From positions 1 to 64,000 of the forward strand of contig CAWVRN010000021.1 in assembly GCA_963932905.1 (NCBI GenBank): a stretch of 64,000 nt of DNA, written 5' to 3'. Each line of letters begins with the position of its first letter. The stretch's first letter is position 1. The notes under the pieces are model-generated. The model did no database searches and was not told the origin of the DNA. It worked only from the letters and a program-made list of their open reading frames with translations. Source of the DNA: an uncultured Bdellovibrio sp. (GTDB lineage Bacteria; Bdellovibrionota; Bdellovibrionia; Bdellovibrionales; Bdellovibrionaceae). Below, piece after piece: positions 59,497 to 64,000 of this stretch. A program made the position numbers and the translations under genes.

Positions 59497-61038
59497 ATGA
59501 TTTTGAAAAGTATTTGCACGAGCGCATTACTATTGAGCTTAGCTCAAGCGGCGCCTCAACCGGTGTCTTTCTTCCCAGAAGCACCAATGGTTAACGAAAT
59601 CCCAGATTTCAAAGCTGACAATTACGCAGAGGTAAACAAGAAATGGAAAGCGAGTAGTCGCAAGATCGCCAGTGATTTTTCTGAAAGTTCATTATCAGAT
59701 GATTTCAAAAATAAACTTCGTAAGCAGTGGCTGGAAACAACAACCGCAGACGGTGTTTTTCAGTTATTAGTACAATCGCGCAAAGATTACGCTAAATATT
59801 CACCAGACGTGCAATATTTCTTAACTCAAATGCACACGATGATTCCTTTAAAAGGTATTGTTTGGCGTTTAAGACCAATTTTTGAGGCGGGTGGTTTATT
59901 TAAAGGTAATAAAGCAACGCATATGTCGGCGATTCAATTCGTACGCACGGCGGTTACGGGTTTAAGTGCTGCATTCCCAACATCACAGACCGATGCGATG
60001 ATTGCCTACTTCACGCAGCCTGGTCCTGAGATGTCTGAAAAATCGCAGTTTAAAACCGTCGCTGAATTTCAAAATTTTTTAGTGGATTCGTATATTCCTT
60101 ACTTATTTGAAAGTGTAAAAAACATCGACGCTCTTTTGAAAAACTACAGTGAAGCCAAAGGTCGTCCTCAAGCAGAAATGGTTTGGGACAATCAAATGTT
60201 TTTTGGAACAGGGTCTTTCCGAGATGGCTTTAATCGCTACGTAGGTCATGGCCCAGCCGAGATGCACATTGCGATGGCGTTGGGATGGGAAGCTATTCAT
60301 GATGCTTATGTTTTCAGTTCATACAATCAAGATGATCTAGTTAATGTCGCGGGTCGTTTGGGTCGTGCCTTTGGTATCGACGCTTTAAAAAGCGATTCTA
60401 ACGATATTGGTTTGACCGACAAAGAGCGTGCAAAGATTATCGCAAGCTACACGTCTAAAGGTTTCTTAAGCTTAAGAAAAAATAGAGATCCTAAAGCAAA
60501 AGGTGATGAAGGCTACGGTAAGAGGAATATGAAATTGGCTCTTCCGGCTAAGCGTCAGTCGGTTAATCATTTTAATCAAGCCTACATTAAATTAGAAGGC
60601 AAAGGCTCGAATTCTTCAATGGCGATCAATCCGGCTTTATATCAAAAAGATATCCAAAATCGATTGAATGCGGGTGTGAGCAAAATGGTCAGCGCAATGG
60701 ATGGCGTGACTGAATTCAAAGATCCGATGTCTTCCGAAGTCATCACAATCAACGTTCCGGCATTTTACAATGAACCGCCTCAATCTTTAGCTATACTCAT
60801 GGCAAATGACTGGGAAGGTGGCGAGTCGACAAAATCGATCACGTCAACTTCAGGAGAACAACTAAAATACAGAAACTATTTTAGTGGGCGCGCAAAATCA
60901 TGGAATAACAACGCGTGGGCAAAATACGTGACCAGCGCAAGCGGGCAAAAAGCTGACTACATGATGACTGCAAAACGTATTATGCACTATTCGCCGGGTG
61001 CGACTGTGCTTGGTGCGGTAGATCTTTTCGTAAGATAG
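59497..61038 (+). CDS. Large secreted hypothetical protein
   Basis: AAGGAG RBS; signal peptide ending AQA; no recognisable domain. Confidence 0.75.
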   Translation: MILKSICTSALLLSLAQAAPQPVSFFPEAPMVNEIPDFKADNYAEVNKKWKASSRKIASDFSESSLSDDFKNKLRKQWLETTTADGVFQLLVQSRKDYAKYSPDVQYFLTQMHTMIPLKGIVWRLRPIFEAGGLFKGNKATHMSAIQFVRTAVTGLSAAFPTSQTDAMIAYFTQPGPEMSEKSQFKTVAEFQNFLVDSYIPYLFESVKNIDALLKNYSEAKGRPQAEMVWDNQMFFGTGSFRDGFNRYVGHGPAEMHIAMALGWEAIHDAYVFSSYNQDDLVNVAGRLGRAFGIDALKSDSNDIGLTDKERAKIIASYTSKGFLSLRKNRDPKAKGDEGYGKRNMKLALPAKRQSVNHFNQAYIKLEGKGSNSSMAINPALYQKDIQNRLNAGVSKMVSAMDGVTEFKDPMSSEVITINVPAFYNEPPQSLAILMANDWEGGESTKSITSTSGEQLKYRNYFSGRAKSWNNNAWAKYVTSASGQKADYMMTAKRIMHYSPGATVLGAVDLFVR

Positions 61039-63155
61039 TCTTTTATTTTCAGGAGGCCTTTGAGAATCCAAAGGTCTCCGAACAAGTTAATTAAAAATCC
61101 TGCGCTAAACAGCAATCCTAGGATTTTCATCGGAATCAAAGTCTGAAATAAGAAAAATAAGCTACTGATCACCGTAATAATTCCAATTATAATACTCGCT
61201 GGTCCGTTTTCTTCAACGCCTTCATCCAAATTTCCGGCATCGTTTACAAATAGATATTGAATGGCATTGTCCCCGGTTATGCCGACTAATATAGCTAGGA
61301 ACATACTGTTGAATGGGCTGATCGAAATGTTTAGGATGGACATACCTGAAATCAAAAACAGTGGCCCCCCTAACAGGGACAGCGGCAGAACAAAATAGTG
61401 TTTATTTCCAAGTTTCCTTTGGAGATAGAAAATAATGAAAATTACGATAATCAAACTGACTAAAAAGCTTTCGCTTAGTGTACGACTCAGTACCTCAGAA
61501 GCTTCTCGGTAGACATCGCTTTGTCCTACAACGTGGGTTTCATCTGGGCACGACTTCTTGGTAATGGCATGTAAGTCTGATATATCGCTGGGAGAATTAG
61601 ATTTAAGAAATGCAATCGCCCGAATGGAATCACGAGTTATATAACTCTTTAGAAGACCAAATTCAGTCAGTTCCCATTTAACGGAATCTCTACGTAATGG
61701 TTCTAGTCCTTTTAGAAAATAATTTTCAATGGCGATTGGATTGTCAATTGAATGAACAGCTGGTGATTTAGCAACTTCGTTCAAGCATTCTGAAATAGCT
61801 TTTTCAGGAGTCGATGCGGGCAGTTGTATAAAGACTGTATTTTGCCAGCCCAACGAGCTATTGAATTTCTGCAGACTTTGTTTAACTGGATGAGATTCCG
61901 GGAAATTATTTGATGGATTTTCTTCAAACTTTAAATGGAAGAAAAGAAATGGTCCGGCGAATACGAACAAACTAAAACCAATGGTTAACCACCGTGACGG
62001 TGTCCAATGATTTAATGTTTGCACTTTTTTGAAAATATCATCATTTGACTTTGTCGATACGAATTCAGAATCTAATTTCAGCGTCTTTAAAAAGGCCGGT
62101 AGCGCCATAAACGTGAAGAACCACTCTAGCAAGGCACCGATGGCGGCCGCTAGGCCAAATCGCTGAATGGTATGAAGATCAGAAATGCATAACGAGAAAA
62201 ATCCAACAATTGTTGTAAGTGTTGTAAAAAATCCGGCGCGGCAATATCGGAGGGCACTGTCTTTTAAAGTAAAACCGCGGCTCATTCCCCAACATATAAA
62301 AATATAATCGGCCGTACCGGCAATTGCTGTTACTAAAAACAAACTATTGGTTAAAATATCGATGGGTAACCCGAACAGAGACATAAAGCCAGCTAAACAA
62401 CTCAAAGTCGCTACTACCGTGAACAGGAAATACATTCCTGTACGCCAAGTTCCAAAGAAGACCTTAAAAAATAACAAGAAGAAAATAATCGTTAGAATAT
62501 GCAGTACGGAATCTTTTTTCAGAATTTCATTTACGTAGTATTGAAAAACAGAAGGGCCGACCGCACTGATAGAATAGTCGCTGCTTTTTAAATCGTTGAT
62601 CCAATGACCAACCGCTCTTAAATCAAAGTCAGGATGCAGCTTTATTTGCAGTAACATTTGTTTGTTCGTAGGGGACATTCGGTAGAACGGGTGATTGGGG
62701 TCTAAATCTTTCTTAAGTGAGGCCAGTGTCTGGCCAGTTTGTTCGCATGGGTCTGGCAGGCTCAGTGGGTACCAGAAATGCCTTGGTTGTGATTCCACAT
62801 GTCTGAGTTTGAATAAATGAAACGTCGATTTTGTCCCGTCTATCGTTGATTCTAGTTTTTTAACTGTTTTTAAAAAGGTGCAGACTTTTTCTGAACTTGG
62901 CTCTTCATGCCACTCTACAAGAACTGACAAATTTGAAAAATCTTGGAATTCGTCCATCATATTCCACAGACGCGTCAGTGATGGAAAGTCAGAATTATGA
63001 GAATTATATAAATCTAGCTCCACTTTAATGGATTTGAAGACCGAGAAAGACAAAAGCAGGACCAAAGTACTTATTGCCGCTACGATTCGAGGATAAGTAA
63101 ATGCAGTTCTGGTGATGGTTTCAATAATTTGGAACGGCTTTTTTTTCTGCGTCAT
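60987..63155 (-). CDS. MMPL/RND family lipid transporter
   Basis: Two halves, each with 1 TM, an extracytoplasmic loop and 5 TMs; AIAGTADYIF, TTLTTIVGFFSL and GITGDNAIQY. Confidence 0.85.
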   Translation of the reverse strand: MTQKKKPFQIIETITRTAFTYPRIVAAISTLVLLLSFSVFKSIKVELDLYNSHNSDFPSLTRLWNMMDEFQDFSNLSVLVEWHEEPSSEKVCTFLKTVKKLESTIDGTKSTFHLFKLRHVESQPRHFWYPLSLPDPCEQTGQTLASLKKDLDPNHPFYRMSPTNKQMLLQIKLHPDFDLRAVGHWINDLKSSDYSISAVGPSVFQYYVNEILKKDSVLHILTIIFFLLFFKVFFGTWRTGMYFLFTVVATLSCLAGFMSLFGLPIDILTNSLFLVTAIAGTADYIFICWGMSRGFTLKDSALRYCRAGFFTTLTTIVGFFSLCISDLHTIQRFGLAAAIGALLEWFFTFMALPAFLKTLKLDSEFVSTKSNDDIFKKVQTLNHWTPSRWLTIGFSLFVFAGPFLFFHLKFEENPSNNFPESHPVKQSLQKFNSSLGWQNTVFIQLPASTPEKAISECLNEVAKSPAVHSIDNPIAIENYFLKGLEPLRRDSVKWELTEFGLLKSYITRDSIRAIAFLKSNSPSDISDLHAITKKSCPDETHVVGQSDVYREASEVLSRTLSESFLVSLIIVIFIIFYLQRKLGNKHYFVLPLSLLGGPLFLISGMSILNISISPFNSMFLAILVGITGDNAIQYLFVNDAGNLDEGVEENGPASIIIGIITVISSLFFLFQTLIPMKILGLLFSAGFLINLFGDLWILKGLLKIKDYLTKRSTAPSTVAPGE

Positions 63156-63204
63156 CGATCTAGATTATTGGACTGGGTTTTGGTTTGCGCAATATAATTT
63201 TAGG

Positions 63205-64000
63205 ATGTCATTTGCAGATAAAATAAAAAAATTTGGGCATGCGGAATTTGTACCCGATGGTTGGTACTGGCTAATTTCATCGAACGAATTAAAAAAAGGT
63301 CAGGCGCGTCCTGCTAAATTTTTAAATCACGAATTAGTTGTTTATCGTGGTGACGATAATGAAGTGCACGCCTTAGATGCATACTGCCCACATATGGGTG
63401 CGCATCTGTGTGATGGTAAGGTAGAAGGAAACTCGATTAGGTGCCCATTTCACTTTTGGAAATTCAATGCCGATGGCATTTGCGAAGATATTCCTGTTTT
63501 AAAGGAACCCGTTAAAGTTGAACAATTAAAAAAATACAAATGTGGTGAAAGATATGGTTTGGTTTGGATTTGGTACGGTGACAGTAAAAGTTCAGTTGAA
63601 ATTCCAGTCGTTCCAGAATTAGAAGGATTTCAATTAGATAGTTCTTTGGGAAAGCCATTCACAAAAGAATGTCATCCCAACGTGATGATGATTAATGCTA
63701 TTGACGCTCATCATTTTAGATCGGTACATAATCTAGTTATCGATTTAGAAATGGAACCAAAGATTTTAAGTGATAATTGCATCCAGTTTTCTAACACAAC
63801 ACCCATGCCACAAAAGAATTGGTTTCTTAGATGGGCGACACAGTTTTACGCGAAAGCTCTTACGTATGAATTAACGTACTGGTGGGGACATACGGGTTCA
63901 GTTATGGTGGGTCCCGATTTCTTGCATTTCTATATCATTTTTTCTTTAAGACCTAATTCTGAAGGCAAAGCAGAAGGACAAACGATACTATTAACTAAAC
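63205..64000 (+). CDS. Second Rieske non-heme iron oxygenase (truncated by the window end; not in ORF track)
   Basis: Hand translation MSFADKIKKFGHAEFVPDGWYW...DAYCPHMGAHL...IRCPFHFW...INAIDAHHFRSVH; frame open to 64000. Confidence 0.9.
   Translation, partial: MSFADKIKKFGHAEFVPDGWYWLISSNELKKGQARPAKFLNHELVVYRGDDNEVHALDAYCPHMGAHLCDGKVEGNSIRCPFHFWKFNADGICEDIPVLKEPVKVEQLKKYKCGERYGLVWIWYGDSKSSVEIPVVPELEGFQLDSSLGKPFTKECHPNVMMINAIDAHHFRSVHNLVIDLEMEPKILSDNCIQFSNTTPMPQKNWFLRWATQFYAKALTYELTYWWGHTGSVMVGPDFLHFYIIFSLRPNSEGKAEGQTILLTK

Overview
This is a gene-dense, AT-rich bacterial chromosomal segment with about 65 CDS. I found no rRNA, tRNA, CRISPR array, integrase or transposase. The gene content (orphan hybrid histidine kinases, many secreted hypothetical proteins, DUF4360, a stand-alone secretin N-domain) suggests a Bdellovibrionota-like organism; this is inference only. 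Main blocks: (1) redox and stress genes: two GSTs, tpx, gpx, nitroreductase, DoxX/LysR, and ArsR- and TetR-SRPBCC units with visible operators. (2) A LysM beta-barrel gene directly abutting a lipoprotein built from phage-fibre-like repeats. (3) A complete porin-kdpFABC-kdpDE operon, including a kdpF missing from the ORF track and a KdpE-type box. (4) Four genes with apparent internal deletions, plus a local cluster of frameshifts. (5) An orphan terminase-small-subunit-like gene. (6) A threonyl-tRNA synthetase lacking the editing domain, preceded by an unannotated 19-codon Thr-Thr leader ORF with alternative hairpins. (7) At the right edge, a Rieske oxygenase / acyltransferase-like / secreted protein / MMPL / second Rieske cluster that runs off the window. 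The strongest candidates for undescribed biology are the thrS leader system, the Rieske-MMPL cluster and the barrel + phage-fibre pair. All family calls come from motif recognition by eye; no searches were run.
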